Shown in pieces: positions 14,935 to 24,174 of a stretch of DNA of 27,359 nt. The notes beneath the pieces were generated by a model. The model saw only the letters and a list, made by a program, of their open reading frames with translations, did no database searches and was not told where the DNA came from. Each line of letters begins with the position of its first letter. The stretch's first letter is position 1. This stretch comes from a virus (lineage: Duplodnaviria; Caudoviricetes), in the IMG/VR virus record IMGVR_UViG_3300025389_000093, positions 1 to 27,359 of that record; one strand, 5' to 3'. The position numbers and the translations under genes were made by a program.

Positions 14935-17856
14935 TTAATTTTGTTGTGTTTGTATATTTTTATTATCTTCAGTATCAAGTACTTTTGTATCTTCCGTTTC
15001 AATTAAATTAGTTAATGGTGATCCAAATACTGTTGAACTACCAATTCTTATTCCTACTCGACTTGCAATCGTTGCAAATGTTGTACAATCTATAAATAGA
15101 TTCAATCCTGTTAATGTGTATCCACTATTAAAATAATATGTTGGCATATTATAACCAAATGGTCCTTCAGGTTGTTCATAAACATAACTCATCAAAGTAT
15201 CACTTGTCCAATCATAATATCCACCATTATCATATTCATCTTGTGTAATTTCAATCATTGTATAAGGAACATAATAAGTTGAACCTGTTAATGATAATTG
15301 ATAGGTTACAGTTGATGTAAAACCTGATGGTGGATTATTACCATATATTATTGCGTTATTATGATCATAATAAACACTCCAACCAAATTGTGTATATAAT
15401 AAATTAGGATTTGTAAAATCTGTTTTTACTTTGAAATGGTAACCTGTATTATCACAATATTGATATTTAAAATATCTTGTTGGATAAATATTTGGATTAT
15501 AATCTGTTTGAAGTAATTCAACTTCGGTTAATTCTGTATTTGATAAATTATAATCAGTTATAACATTCCAAGTGAAATATTGTTCCTTAATTTTAATAAT
15601 ATCATTTGGTTTAAGATTTTTATAATCAGAAAGTGTTAAATAAAACTTACCTTTCAAAAATCTTGTATTTGGATTAAATAAATTATTTATTCTTGAGGAA
15701 TAAAAATTACCATAAGCATCATTATAGGTATAAACATTATATGTATATACATCAATATATGTTAATGGTTCTGCATTAAAATTAACCGTCAAATTATCGT
15801 TATTAATTTTATATTGATCTTGAATCCCAATCGGCATGCTATTAGAAACAATCGGAACATTTTCTTGTGAAAGGTAACCTGTTGTTCCTGTAGTTCCTGT
15901 TGAACTACCAATCCACACATTATAAGTTGTTGCTGAATAAGATGCTGTTGAATTATATGTTTTTCCTGTCGGTGAAAATTCATTTAATATGTTTGCACCT
16001 TGTAAAAACCAAAACAATTTAGGTTTAGTTTTAACACCAGTATATTGATAAAAAGTTTGTGTTTGTCCATTTACATCTTGCTCAGATGTTGTTCCCGCAT
16101 AATTAATTCCTAATGGTAAAGTAATATGACCACTATCCGCTAATGATCCATCAGGTAATTCAATTGCATCCCATTGACGGAATATTTCTGTTGAAAAACT
16201 TGTTTTGGTCTCTCCTGTTGTTGATTTAAAGTTTGTCTGATTTGGTACAAACTTTTGACCGTATATTCTATTATTTTTATTTTTAAATGTAACGTTTCCA
16301 TAATCACCATCTTCAACATCATAAAATGTTAAATAAGTATCAATATAATTAATTGCCGGTTCAACAGAAAATCCTTGATCATAAGATAATTTATCTGTCC
16401 AGTTTTTTATATCTCCTGTTCCCATATAATAGGTAAAAGGTTCAATAATAATTCTATTTGGAACTTCGGGATCGGGAAGAAATACTAAATTAAATTTTTT
16501 TGCAATCGATGATAAAAAATCAATTTGTGTAAATTGTGGATCTATAACCAAACTAAAATTAACATAATCTCCATCCCTATAATTCACAAAATCATTAATT
16601 GCAACAGGATAATATTTTAATGTTGATAATGGTGCAAAACCAACATTTTCATATCCACTCACAGCACTAATAGATTTATTATAATGTCTATAAACTGTGT
16701 TTGATGGAGTATGTTGATCTAAAACAATTGTTGTTCCTGAAGAAGATCTTGGAATTGTATAATTACTATTATAATATTCAATATATGTAAAACCTAAAAA
16801 TCCATGATATTCTCTTTTAATTTCAATTGTCGTTAAAATATCTTGAGTACAATAAACAGGGATTCCTGTTCCACTTTGTACAACTATTAAATCAAATTCT
16901 GTTAAACCAGTTGAAGGATTAACAATTACATCTACCGCACTTGGTGGTAAAGTAGGAATTGAAGTTAATGTATATGAGAATTTTGTTAAGTTTGAACTAA
17001 AATATCCATACATATACAATGTCTTCATCCAAGGGGTGTTCATAAAATCTGACTTAATTGAATATCCATAAGTTTTGAATAACAATTGAATCATATTCCA
17101 AATTGATAAACCAGGTTTTAATTGATTATCCAACAATCCTTGACCTGGAGTGTTTAAACAATATGGTCTAACTCCATCCGCAATTGCTGCAGAAATGGAA
17201 GTATAAGCACCTTGTTTAATTGGTGAAGAAGTATATAATCTTGTTTCAACATCTTTTGTTGTACCACTTACACTTACAGAACTTCCTGAATATAAATAAC
17301 CATTATGAACAATTGGATAAAGATATGTTTGAGGTTGTTCCTGATTTTTTGAAAAGTTTGATGTGTACCATCCATTGGTTACAGAACCCTGTCCGAATGT
17401 ATGATTAAACTTATAATCAGAATCATCATAGTTAAGATCTTTTAAAAGATAGTTTCCCATATCAGCAAACAATGTTCCCACTGTACTATATAAAGAAACA
17501 TCATATTCTACTTTTGAATTTAGAATATTAATTTTATTCATCCTTAAATAACCAACAAAGTATGGTTCATCATTAATTAATACCTGACAATTAACTTTTT
17601 TAATTGAACTGAACCTATATGAATCAGCATCAACATCAAAGAAATTTTCAAAGAATGCATTATTCTTTTTGGTACCAGGTAATAATACATTTAATGCAGT
17701 ATCACTATTTTTTTTAGAAATATCCTGTAAATCTGCAAAGCTTCTTGTGACTTTAATTGGGATACTGGTATATAAATCCAATATCTGAAATTCAGTTTCA
17801 CCCGAAATTGTATTATTATATTGAACCCTTAAAACGGTTTGTTGTTGTTGACCCAT
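14935..17856 (-). CDS. Large tail tip/baseplate hub-like structural protein
   Basis: 973 aa, aromatic and beta-rich; LDLY..IPI....DLQDISKKNS....LPGTKKNN.FF and DFLSSIAKKFNLVF.PD....IIIEP motifs; located in the tail module. Confidence 0.65.
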   Translation of the reverse strand: MGQQQQTVLRVQYNNTISGETEFQILDLYTSIPIKVTRSFADLQDISKKNSDTALNVLLPGTKKNNAFFENFFDVDADSYRFSSIKKVNCQVLINDEPYFVGYLRMNKINILNSKVEYDVSLYSTVGTLFADMGNYLLKDLNYDDSDYKFNHTFGQGSVTNGWYTSNFSKNQEQPQTYLYPIVHNGYLYSGSSVSVSGTTKDVETRLYTSSPIKQGAYTSISAAIADGVRPYCLNTPGQGLLDNQLKPGLSIWNMIQLLFKTYGYSIKSDFMNTPWMKTLYMYGYFSSNLTKFSYTLTSIPTLPPSAVDVIVNPSTGLTEFDLIVVQSGTGIPVYCTQDILTTIEIKREYHGFLGFTYIEYYNSNYTIPRSSSGTTIVLDQHTPSNTVYRHYNKSISAVSGYENVGFAPLSTLKYYPVAINDFVNYRDGDYVNFSLVIDPQFTQIDFLSSIAKKFNLVFLPDPEVPNRIIIEPFTYYMGTGDIKNWTDKLSYDQGFSVEPAINYIDTYLTFYDVEDGDYGNVTFKNKNNRIYGQKFVPNQTNFKSTTGETKTSFSTEIFRQWDAIELPDGSLADSGHITLPLGINYAGTTSEQDVNGQTQTFYQYTGVKTKPKLFWFLQGANILNEFSPTGKTYNSTASYSATTYNVWIGSSTGTTGTTGYLSQENVPIVSNSMPIGIQDQYKINNDNLTVNFNAEPLTYIDVYTYNVYTYNDAYGNFYSSRINNLFNPNTRFLKGKFYLTLSDYKNLKPNDIIKIKEQYFTWNVITDYNLSNTELTEVELLQTDYNPNIYPTRYFKYQYCDNTGYHFKVKTDFTNPNLLYTQFGWSVYYDHNNAIIYGNNPPSGFTSTVTYQLSLTGSTYYVPYTMIEITQDEYDNGGYYDWTSDTLMSYVYEQPEGPFGYNMPTYYFNSGYTLTGLNLFIDCTTFATIASRVGIRIGSSTVFGSPLTNLIETEDTKVLDTEDNKNIQTQQN

Positions 17857-17857
17857 A

Positions 17858-19441
17858 TTAGAAACCTTTATTAACGAAGTAACTGTCTCCAGTCTTCAAT
17901 GTTATTCTGTATTTATTCAATTTACTATGTTTCTTAGTCATAGTATCAACTTGAGTTGATGTTACCTGTACAGGTCTTAAATCCTTATATATTTTATTTT
18001 GTCTATCTATCGTTGAAATATAATCACTATTCATGATATAAACTTGTGGAGATAAAAACAATTGTTCTAACCATTGTGATTGTGCAACACTTAAATAATC
18101 TGTATCAATTGTTATTTCTTGTGTAACATTTGTATCAAATGTTTTGTTACTTCTACCAATATTTCTATCGGGAGAACTAATATTGGTAGCATAATATCTA
18201 TTATCATAACTTGTTCTATCTATTTTCTTTGTATCTTGTCTATAAGATTGGAATGTAAAATAATCATATCCTCCTTGTTCGTTCAACCAACATAATCTTG
18301 TATTTTCAGGAAGACAATTATCATATAAATAAAAATAGAATATTTCTGATATTGGACCAATTGGACCTACCGCTAATCTATTTGTGTTCCACGTTGGAAG
18401 ACCATAACATAATTGTACTCTATAATAAGCAACATCATTCCAATTTACTCCTGAATAATATAAATTTTTAATATCAACTGGTCCACAAGGTAATGCAAAT
18501 CTTTTCAATGTATCTGTATAATCGAAAGGAGATGTATATTGTGTTCCTGCTAATCTTAAATCTTGAGTAGTAGTATGAATCAATGTATTTGCACCACTAT
18601 AAAATTGTATTACTGCAAAACCTGCTTCAATAACTTGTCTATCTCCTGTTTGTCCGTTTAAGTACCATAATACGTAATTTTCATCACTTTGTATATATTG
18701 GATACGTGGAGCATCCGTTAAAAATCTACCTGTTTCAGATTGTTCTGGAACAGTTGGAAAATCCATTAGATATTGACCAATTGGTGAAGTTCTATTATAT
18801 AAACTTAAAACATTATCTGTAAAACCTGTTCCAATATTTGTACCTACTTCTTGATCAAAGTTGGGTAATATTAAATTATTATCAAACTCAAATGTACCTC
18901 CAATATAATCAAATATAGGTCCTGTTGAAATATAATAATCGGGATAAAATCCAGTTGGATTTATACTTTCAGGAACATAAGTATAATGATTATAATCGTT
19001 CGTTGGGATTGTTGTATATTCTGTAATATAATTTACTCCACTCAAATATCTATAACCATATTTAAAATTGAATTTAATACCATTATTATATTTTGCATTA
19101 ACATTAATATCATTGCTTGTTGTTTCCCAATCATTTAACCAATAATATTGATAATGTTCTGTATTAATGTAATTCATCAAATAGTTATATGGTCTAATAT
19201 AAAAATAATAATAGTATGTACTACCTGATAATTGTGTATTATAAGGAACAACTGACATTGTCCCAACTTTAACACCATCGGAATATAAATCTGCCACTAA
19301 TTCCATAGTACTTTGTAATGTATCACCAGTAAGAACTACTTCATACTGACCACCTCTTTGATAGACAAAATCAGCACTCCTTCTAATCTGTGATGTACTG
19401 TTTAATCCGTTTGCGTATAATTGTGGGTATCCAAATGCCAT
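17858..19441 (-). CDS. Tail structural protein (distal-tail/baseplate-like)
   Basis: 527 aa; RLCWLNEQGGYDYFTF and WLEQLFLSPQVY motifs; coupled to the hub gene. Confidence 0.65.
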   Translation of the reverse strand: MAFGYPQLYANGLNSTSQIRRSADFVYQRGGQYEVVLTGDTLQSTMELVADLYSDGVKVGTMSVVPYNTQLSGSTYYYYFYIRPYNYLMNYINTEHYQYYWLNDWETTSNDINVNAKYNNGIKFNFKYGYRYLSGVNYITEYTTIPTNDYNHYTYVPESINPTGFYPDYYISTGPIFDYIGGTFEFDNNLILPNFDQEVGTNIGTGFTDNVLSLYNRTSPIGQYLMDFPTVPEQSETGRFLTDAPRIQYIQSDENYVLWYLNGQTGDRQVIEAGFAVIQFYSGANTLIHTTTQDLRLAGTQYTSPFDYTDTLKRFALPCGPVDIKNLYYSGVNWNDVAYYRVQLCYGLPTWNTNRLAVGPIGPISEIFYFYLYDNCLPENTRLCWLNEQGGYDYFTFQSYRQDTKKIDRTSYDNRYYATNISSPDRNIGRSNKTFDTNVTQEITIDTDYLSVAQSQWLEQLFLSPQVYIMNSDYISTIDRQNKIYKDLRPVQVTSTQVDTMTKKHSKLNKYRITLKTGDSYFVNKGF

Positions 19442-19989
19442 TATTCTGTTGTATTAAATTTTGTATTAATTATATTGAGTAATTCATTCATTGATTGTTG
19501 TTCCAATAAATTAATAACTTTTTCATTATTCTGTATATTTTCCAAAGATTTTTGAACAAAACCTGCTGGTCTTATTCCAAACTTTTGAATATTTTTTTGT
19601 ATAGCAAATGCAATGGGTAAAATATCCCCTGTTTTTTTTGCTGTCTTATGACTTTTTCTTGTTTTACCGTGACCTTTAACAAATCTTCCTCTTTCATCTC
19701 TTATACCTATTCCTTTTTCTAATAACCATTGCATGATTGCTGAAACGGGTACCATTTGTTTGCCAGATTGTCTTCCTTCATCAACAAAGTTTCCATAAGC
19801 AGCAATATCAATTTCCAATGTTTCTTGATCACCATTTCTTACCGGTAAAACTCTCACACTATCAACTAATGTTCCTGATGCAACTTTATTACCCACACCA
19901 GTAATTTTATTACCAAATGGGTATCTTCTTTGTCGTAATGTATCTTTTACGATTTGTTCAACAACAGGAGCAATTACTTGTAAATCCAT
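19441..19989 (-). CDS. Putative neck/tail-completion protein
   Basis: 182 aa, basic; ASGTLVDSV, YGNFVDEGR, RDERGRFVK, FAIQKNIQKFGIRP.GF resemble tail-completion proteins. Confidence 0.55.
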   Translation of the reverse strand: MDLQVIAPVVEQIVKDTLRQRRYPFGNKITGVGNKVASGTLVDSVRVLPVRNGDQETLEIDIAAYGNFVDEGRQSGKQMVPVSAIMQWLLEKGIGIRDERGRFVKGHGKTRKSHKTAKKTGDILPIAFAIQKNIQKFGIRPAGFVQKSLENIQNNEKVINLLEQQSMNELLNIINTKFNTTE

Positions 19990-22286
19990 TATAATAATTT
20001 AATGTTTATATAAGTTCCATTTCCACCATTTATAACTTGTCCAGTTGAACTATATGCAGTAAGATCTAAAGTATCTGTTGTACCATTTAATTGTACAAAT
20101 ACAATTCCTGTCATTGTTAATGCATCTAATAAATTAGTTTGTTGTTGGTTTATTGATATTTGATCAGTATTTTTATGAACTTGTACATTTACTTGACCTG
20201 TACCACTTCCCGCTGGATTCCAATTTACACTATAAGATATTTGATAAGTTCCAGCAATTGTAGGTTGGAAATAGAAATATTCACTGTTATACCAACCTGA
20301 TGGATCAAAATCACTATAATTAAACTGAATTAATGTGTCTGAGTTGGATGGAATTGTTTGATTGGTAATTAATCTTTCTTGAGCATAACCAGCAGTTGAT
20401 TGTAATGTTCCATTAACTACAAAATTATCTTTATAGAATGTTACTTTAGTTGGTTCAGCAATGAATAAAGTATTTGATCCACTACTATTATTCCCACCTG
20501 CAAACATCATATTTGTTAAGGTTCCCATTTTTTCAGGGGTATAACTATTTAATGCAAAACCAATAGCATAAGTTATATCTCCACTAATATCAGCAACTTG
20601 AGGACCTGCAAAAATATTTGCATCACCATATTTGTTTCTATCAGTGTTTATATTCATTATTGGATATTCACCAAACATATTAATAGTTGGTGTTCCGTAT
20701 GCGTTTCCTGTTGATATTGATAAGCTTCCTGTTCCATCTGCTTGTATATCTGATATTGATAAATCACCACCATTTGAAACATTAATATTCATACTACCTG
20801 AACCATTTCCTCCAATTGTATTACCTAAGAAAAAGTCACCATTTGCTGCAAAATATGTTGTTGGAGCTTCAAAATTTATATTTGATTGAGCGTCACCTAC
20901 TAAACTAATTGCTGGATTTGATCCAATAATCGACATTGAAGATGATACTGTTAATGAACCAGTTATAGATTGATTTAATGCAAAAGATCCTGTTGTGATT
21001 AAACCATTTCTATTACCTCCACTTGTACCGCTTGATCCTGATGTTCCTGAAGTTCCCACTCCTGATGTACCCGAAGATCCTGAACTTCCATTAGTTCCAC
21101 TAATTCCTGAAGTACCACTTGTCATGCTACTTACAGACTTATAATATAATTTACTTGAAGCTGAATCTATTACAACAAAATTATTTGAATTTGAACCTGT
21201 AGTAATTCCAATTCCATATGTACTTCCAACTAAATTAATATCATTAGTTGCAATAATAGGTGCATAAAAATTAGTAGATTGATAAAAATCAACTCCATTA
21301 TGAAATTCAGAATTTGCAGGTGAAGAAGCTGCTACAATTATTGAACCTGTAATGTTAATTGAACCAGTAATATTTAATGAACCTGATAAAGGTTGTTTGC
21401 TTATATATGAACCTGTAGTTAAAACACCCACTAAAGAAGGAGAAATACCTGAAGATCCACTTGTTCCATTGCTTCCTGAAGTACCACTCGTTCCAGAAGA
21501 ACCATTGCTTCCATTTGTACCTGATGTACCATTTGAACCTGAAGTTCCATTGCTTCCTGATGTACCTGAAGTTCCATTTATTCCAGAAGTACCACTTGAA
21601 CCATTGCTTCCTGATGTACCTGATGTACCATTTGAACCTGAAGTTCCATTGCTTCCTGATGTACCTGAAGTTCCATTTATTCCAGAAGTACCACTTGAAC
21701 CATTGCTTCCTGATGTACCTGAGCTTCCTGACGAACCATTAGAACCTGAAGTTCCATTTATTCCAGAAGTACCACTTGAACCATTGCTTCCTGATGTACC
21801 TGAGCTTCCTGACGAACCATTAGAACCATTACTACCACTTGTACCAGATGAACCGGCAGCACTAAACACTGACCAAACAGCAGGCCAAACAGCAGGAGGA
21901 TTATTTGTATTTGTTGATAAAGCAACATATGATTGTCCTTGAAATAAAACAACGTCATTTAAATGATAAGTTGTTGTATTATTCCAATTACCCATTACAC
22001 TGAAACCTGTACCACTTGATCCACTTGTTCCTGAACTTCCATCAGTTCCATTACTTCCTGAAGATCCTGAGGTTCCACTTGTTCCTGAAGTTGATCCTAA
22101 TACCGGTAGACCATTTACAAAAAATGATCCTGATATATTAACTTCAGTCAAACTTACTTGTAAAGGGGTATCAGAACCATCTCCTGTTTGTACTGTTTGT
22201 AAAGTATTAGTTACACCATTGGTGCTATCCGTCATCTTTAATAGACCTTGATATGAACTACTGACGTATAAATTATTTAATTCCAT
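19989..22286 (-). CDS. Second Gly-X-Ser/Asn repeat fibre with C-terminal C1q/TNF-like beta-sandwich
   Basis: 765 aa; GXS tracts, one aromatic module, C-terminal LIQFN..DFDP.GWYN....FQPTIAGTYQISYSV...VQLNG.TD.L.L resembling C1q/BclA C-terminal domains. Confidence 0.7.
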   Translation of the reverse strand: MELNNLYVSSSYQGLLKMTDSTNGVTNTLQTVQTGDGSDTPLQVSLTEVNISGSFFVNGLPVLGSTSGTSGTSGSSGSNGTDGSSGTSGSSGTGFSVMGNWNNTTTYHLNDVVLFQGQSYVALSTNTNNPPAVWPAVWSVFSAAGSSGTSGSNGSNGSSGSSGTSGSNGSSGTSGINGTSGSNGSSGSSGTSGSNGSSGTSGINGTSGTSGSNGTSGSNGTSGTSGSNGSSGTSGINGTSGTSGSNGTSGSNGTSGTNGSNGSSGTSGTSGSNGTSGSSGISPSLVGVLTTGSYISKQPLSGSLNITGSINITGSIIVAASSPANSEFHNGVDFYQSTNFYAPIIATNDINLVGSTYGIGITTGSNSNNFVVIDSASSKLYYKSVSSMTSGTSGISGTNGSSGSSGTSGVGTSGTSGSSGTSGGNRNGLITTGSFALNQSITGSLTVSSSMSIIGSNPAISLVGDAQSNINFEAPTTYFAANGDFFLGNTIGGNGSGSMNINVSNGGDLSISDIQADGTGSLSISTGNAYGTPTINMFGEYPIMNINTDRNKYGDANIFAGPQVADISGDITYAIGFALNSYTPEKMGTLTNMMFAGGNNSSGSNTLFIAEPTKVTFYKDNFVVNGTLQSTAGYAQERLITNQTIPSNSDTLIQFNYSDFDPSGWYNSEYFYFQPTIAGTYQISYSVNWNPAGSGTGQVNVQVHKNTDQISINQQQTNLLDALTMTGIVFVQLNGTTDTLDLTAYSSTGQVINGGNGTYINIKLL
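21516..21827. repeat. Overlapping perfect tandem duplications, 2 x 99 bp (21516-21722) and 2 x 81 bp (21663-21827)
   Basis: Nucleotide-identical copies at periods 99 and 81, both multiples of 9. Confidence 0.8.
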
Positions 22287-22297
22287 TTGTTTTTATT

Positions 22298-23320
22298 TTA
22301 AGGTTGTTTTTTAACATCTTCCCATTTTTGTGACTCAATTCTCCATAACTCAGCAAGTTCTTCCCACGTAACCGGTGCACCTAAACTTCTCATTGGTAAT
22401 ACACATCTATCATAACTGAACTTAGCAGTCATTGAAACCGATATTGCCCATCCACCCAAATTTGTTTCATACCATTCCAAAAAAGGTTCAATAGATGCAT
22501 TCCATTGAGCTTCCCAATCTGATAAGTATAATTTTGAGAAAAAGTCCTTTGCAACTTCCATTGTATCATTTAACACGTCTTCCCTGTTTGCAAGGTCTTC
22601 TTCCAATCTATCACATATAATTATCTTAAAATTAAGATTCAGGTTACCACTATGTATTTTAGCAGCATCATATAAAACGAAAAATCTAATATACTTTGGT
22701 TCAACCTTTGTGATAATATCATTGGTTAATTGTTGAATCTCACCAAAACCAAATGATTTAATTTGTTCATGTAAATTTGAAAATTCTTCAAAACTATCTA
22801 TAATTAATCTTAAACTTTTAAATGATTGATATTGAGGGAATTGGAAATTATCTAATACAGGGGTATCACATCTATTATAATCAAAAGGAATAATAAGAGA
22901 CAGATTCATTGTAAAACCTCCTAATGTGGTCTCATATTTCTCTGTAAAAGGAACTAATTCAGGATTTTGATCAGGATTAACATACCAACTAAAATTACCA
23001 TATTGAGGTAAATAAGATTGATATAAAACTGTCCAAACATCCATTGCAACATCCAAAGTATCAGACATTACATCGTTTAAGTTAGATAAATCAGATTCAA
23101 CTTTGTCCATTATAATAACAGCAAACTTGAACGTAATTTGATTTTTTTGGAATATACTCTCACCTGGAACCACATACATACGTATATATTCAGGTTCTTC
23201 TTTGGTCTCAATATCGTTGGTGATCTGTTTTATATCCCCAAAACCAAAAGAACGTATTTGTTCGTGATGGTAAGCAATATTTGATAAATCCGCCAAAATC
23301 TGTTTATAAGAATAACTCAT
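22298..23320 (-). CDS. Tail-terminator-like protein made of two tandem homologous domains
   Basis: Likely start MSYSYKQ at 23320. HEQIRSFGFGDIKQITNDI / HEQIKSFGFGEIQQLTNDI and PF.E.YET.LGG...Y.RC..P each occur twice. Function inferred. Confidence 0.55.
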   Translation of the reverse strand: MSYSYKQILADLSNIAYHHEQIRSFGFGDIKQITNDIETKEEPEYIRMYVVPGESIFQKNQITFKFAVIIMDKVESDLSNLNDVMSDTLDVAMDVWTVLYQSYLPQYGNFSWYVNPDQNPELVPFTEKYETTLGGFTMNLSLIIPFDYNRCDTPVLDNFQFPQYQSFKSLRLIIDSFEEFSNLHEQIKSFGFGEIQQLTNDIITKVEPKYIRFFVLYDAAKIHSGNLNLNFKIIICDRLEEDLANREDVLNDTMEVAKDFFSKLYLSDWEAQWNASIEPFLEWYETNLGGWAISVSMTAKFSYDRCVLPMRSLGAPVTWEELAELWRIESQKWEDVKKQP

Positions 23321-23324
23321 AATA

Positions 23325-23334
23325 TTAAATATAA
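23325..23334 (-). promoter_or_regulatory. TTATATTTAA motif whose TATATTTA core ends 5 nt before the ATG at 23320
   Basis: Minus strand TTATATTTA-ATATT-ATG. Confidence 0.55.
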
Positions 23335-23371
23335 AAAAACCCAAAACGTAATTTTAAAATCCATTTTGGGC
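23333..23371 (-). terminator. Putative rho-independent terminator ending the terminase-chaperone unit
   Basis: Minus strand GCCCAAAATG...CGTTTTGGGT (10 bp with G:U pairs) running into a T7 tract; the stop codon at 23354 lies in the loop region. Confidence 0.5.
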
Positions 23372-23653
23372 CTGTTTTTGTAACCTTATTTGTTCTTTAT
23401 CATAATCAATAAGATATGATAATTGATTCAGTATTTCCGTTATGTTTTTTTTATAGATGTAGTCGTGTTTTGTAAAATCATTTCCAGCAAGTCTGTTGAT
23501 GACAATGACCCACCCGTACGCTTTTTGAAAAGAGTTGCCCACATTACCTTTCTCATCTTCCAAAGTAGTTTGATCTTGTCCTTCATACTGATCTTCTGGA
23601 TCAAAGATGCTCGGGTATAAAGAGAAAATCTCTTTTCTAACTTGGTAAAAAAA
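23354..23653 (-). CDS. -1 frame extension of the tail assembly chaperone (gpGT-like product)
   Basis: Frame is open from the T7 run: FFYQVRKEIFSLYPSIFDPEDQYEGQDQTTLEDEKGNVGNSFQKAYGW...QNGF. No ATG; the track start at 23563 is an internal TTG. Confidence 0.7.
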   Translation of the reverse strand, partial: FFYQVRKEIFSLYPSIFDPEDQYEGQDQTTLEDEKGNVGNSFQKAYGWVIVINRLAGNDFTKHDYIYKKNITEILNQLSYLIDYDKEQIRLQKQAQNGF

Positions 23654-24174
23654 CGTTGTGCTCCCAGCACGTACCTCACATTTAATTTCTTTTTAAATAA
23701 CTCAGAACGTTTAACCATCTTCTTTACGTCATATTCTTCAATCAAAAAGTTATGTTCTGATATTTCATGTTCAATTGGTCTATACATTACTGCTGCCAGT
23801 ATATGTAACATATTCAATAATTCCTGTGGTTCTTTGGTTGAGATAGTATCAATGTCCACAAACTCAGCAAAGGTTAAATCCTTCCAATTCGGAAAGAAAC
23901 CATACTGAACACCATCCAATTCAAATCTATCTACAAAAGGAATATCTTCATCAATTGGAACCATTGAAACTATATATGTTGCAAGATAATTAACTTGTTC
24001 ATAATCTGATTTTAATAAATCTTCCAATGGTGCTCGGGATACAATATTCAATAATTTTGCTGCAAAATACTGATCCGTGAATAAATCTTTAATTTTGAAA
24101 ATATTCACATAATCTTCAATTGAAACATAATCTTTCAATTCATATTCCTTTTCCTCTATTTTAAATTTAACCAT
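23440..24174 (-). CDS. Putative tail assembly chaperone (gpG-like, zero frame)
   Basis: Likely start MVKFKIEEKEY at 24174, overlapping the terL stop. YGFFPNWKDLTFAEFVDID, HILAAVMYRPI, VLGAQRFF ending on the slippery site. Confidence 0.65.
   Translation of the reverse strand: MVKFKIEEKEYELKDYVSIEDYVNIFKIKDLFTDQYFAAKLLNIVSRAPLEDLLKSDYEQVNYLATYIVSMVPIDEDIPFVDRFELDGVQYGFFPNWKDLTFAEFVDIDTISTKEPQELLNMLHILAAVMYRPIEHEISEHNFLIEEYDVKKMVKRSELFKKKLNVRYVLGAQRFFTKLEKRFSLYTRASLIQKISMKDKIKLLWKMRKVMWATLFKKRTGGSLSSTDLLEMILQNTTTSIKKT
23647..23653 (-). promoter_or_regulatory. -1 ribosomal frameshift slippery heptamer T-TTT-TTT
   Basis: CGT TTT TTT ACC fits X-XXY-YYZ in the correct phase; hairpin AGAAAA-GAGA-TTTTCT starts 8 nt downstream. 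Confidence 0.7.

Noticed and set aside
21516-21827. Possible CRISPR array or DGR template/variable repeat pair
   Set aside because: Repeats are contiguous, in-frame and coding, with no unique spacers, no adenine-specific mismatches, and no cas or reverse transcriptase gene in the window.
21352-21942. 196-aa plus-strand Pro/Glu/Val/Asp-rich ORF (also 13605-13940 +)
   Set aside because: Antisense shadow of Gly-X-Ser codons, which rarely give stops on the reverse strand; no independent evidence.
23354-23563. Stand-alone 69-aa gene starting at TTG
   Set aside because: The frame is open further upstream to the slippery site; better explained as the frameshift extension.
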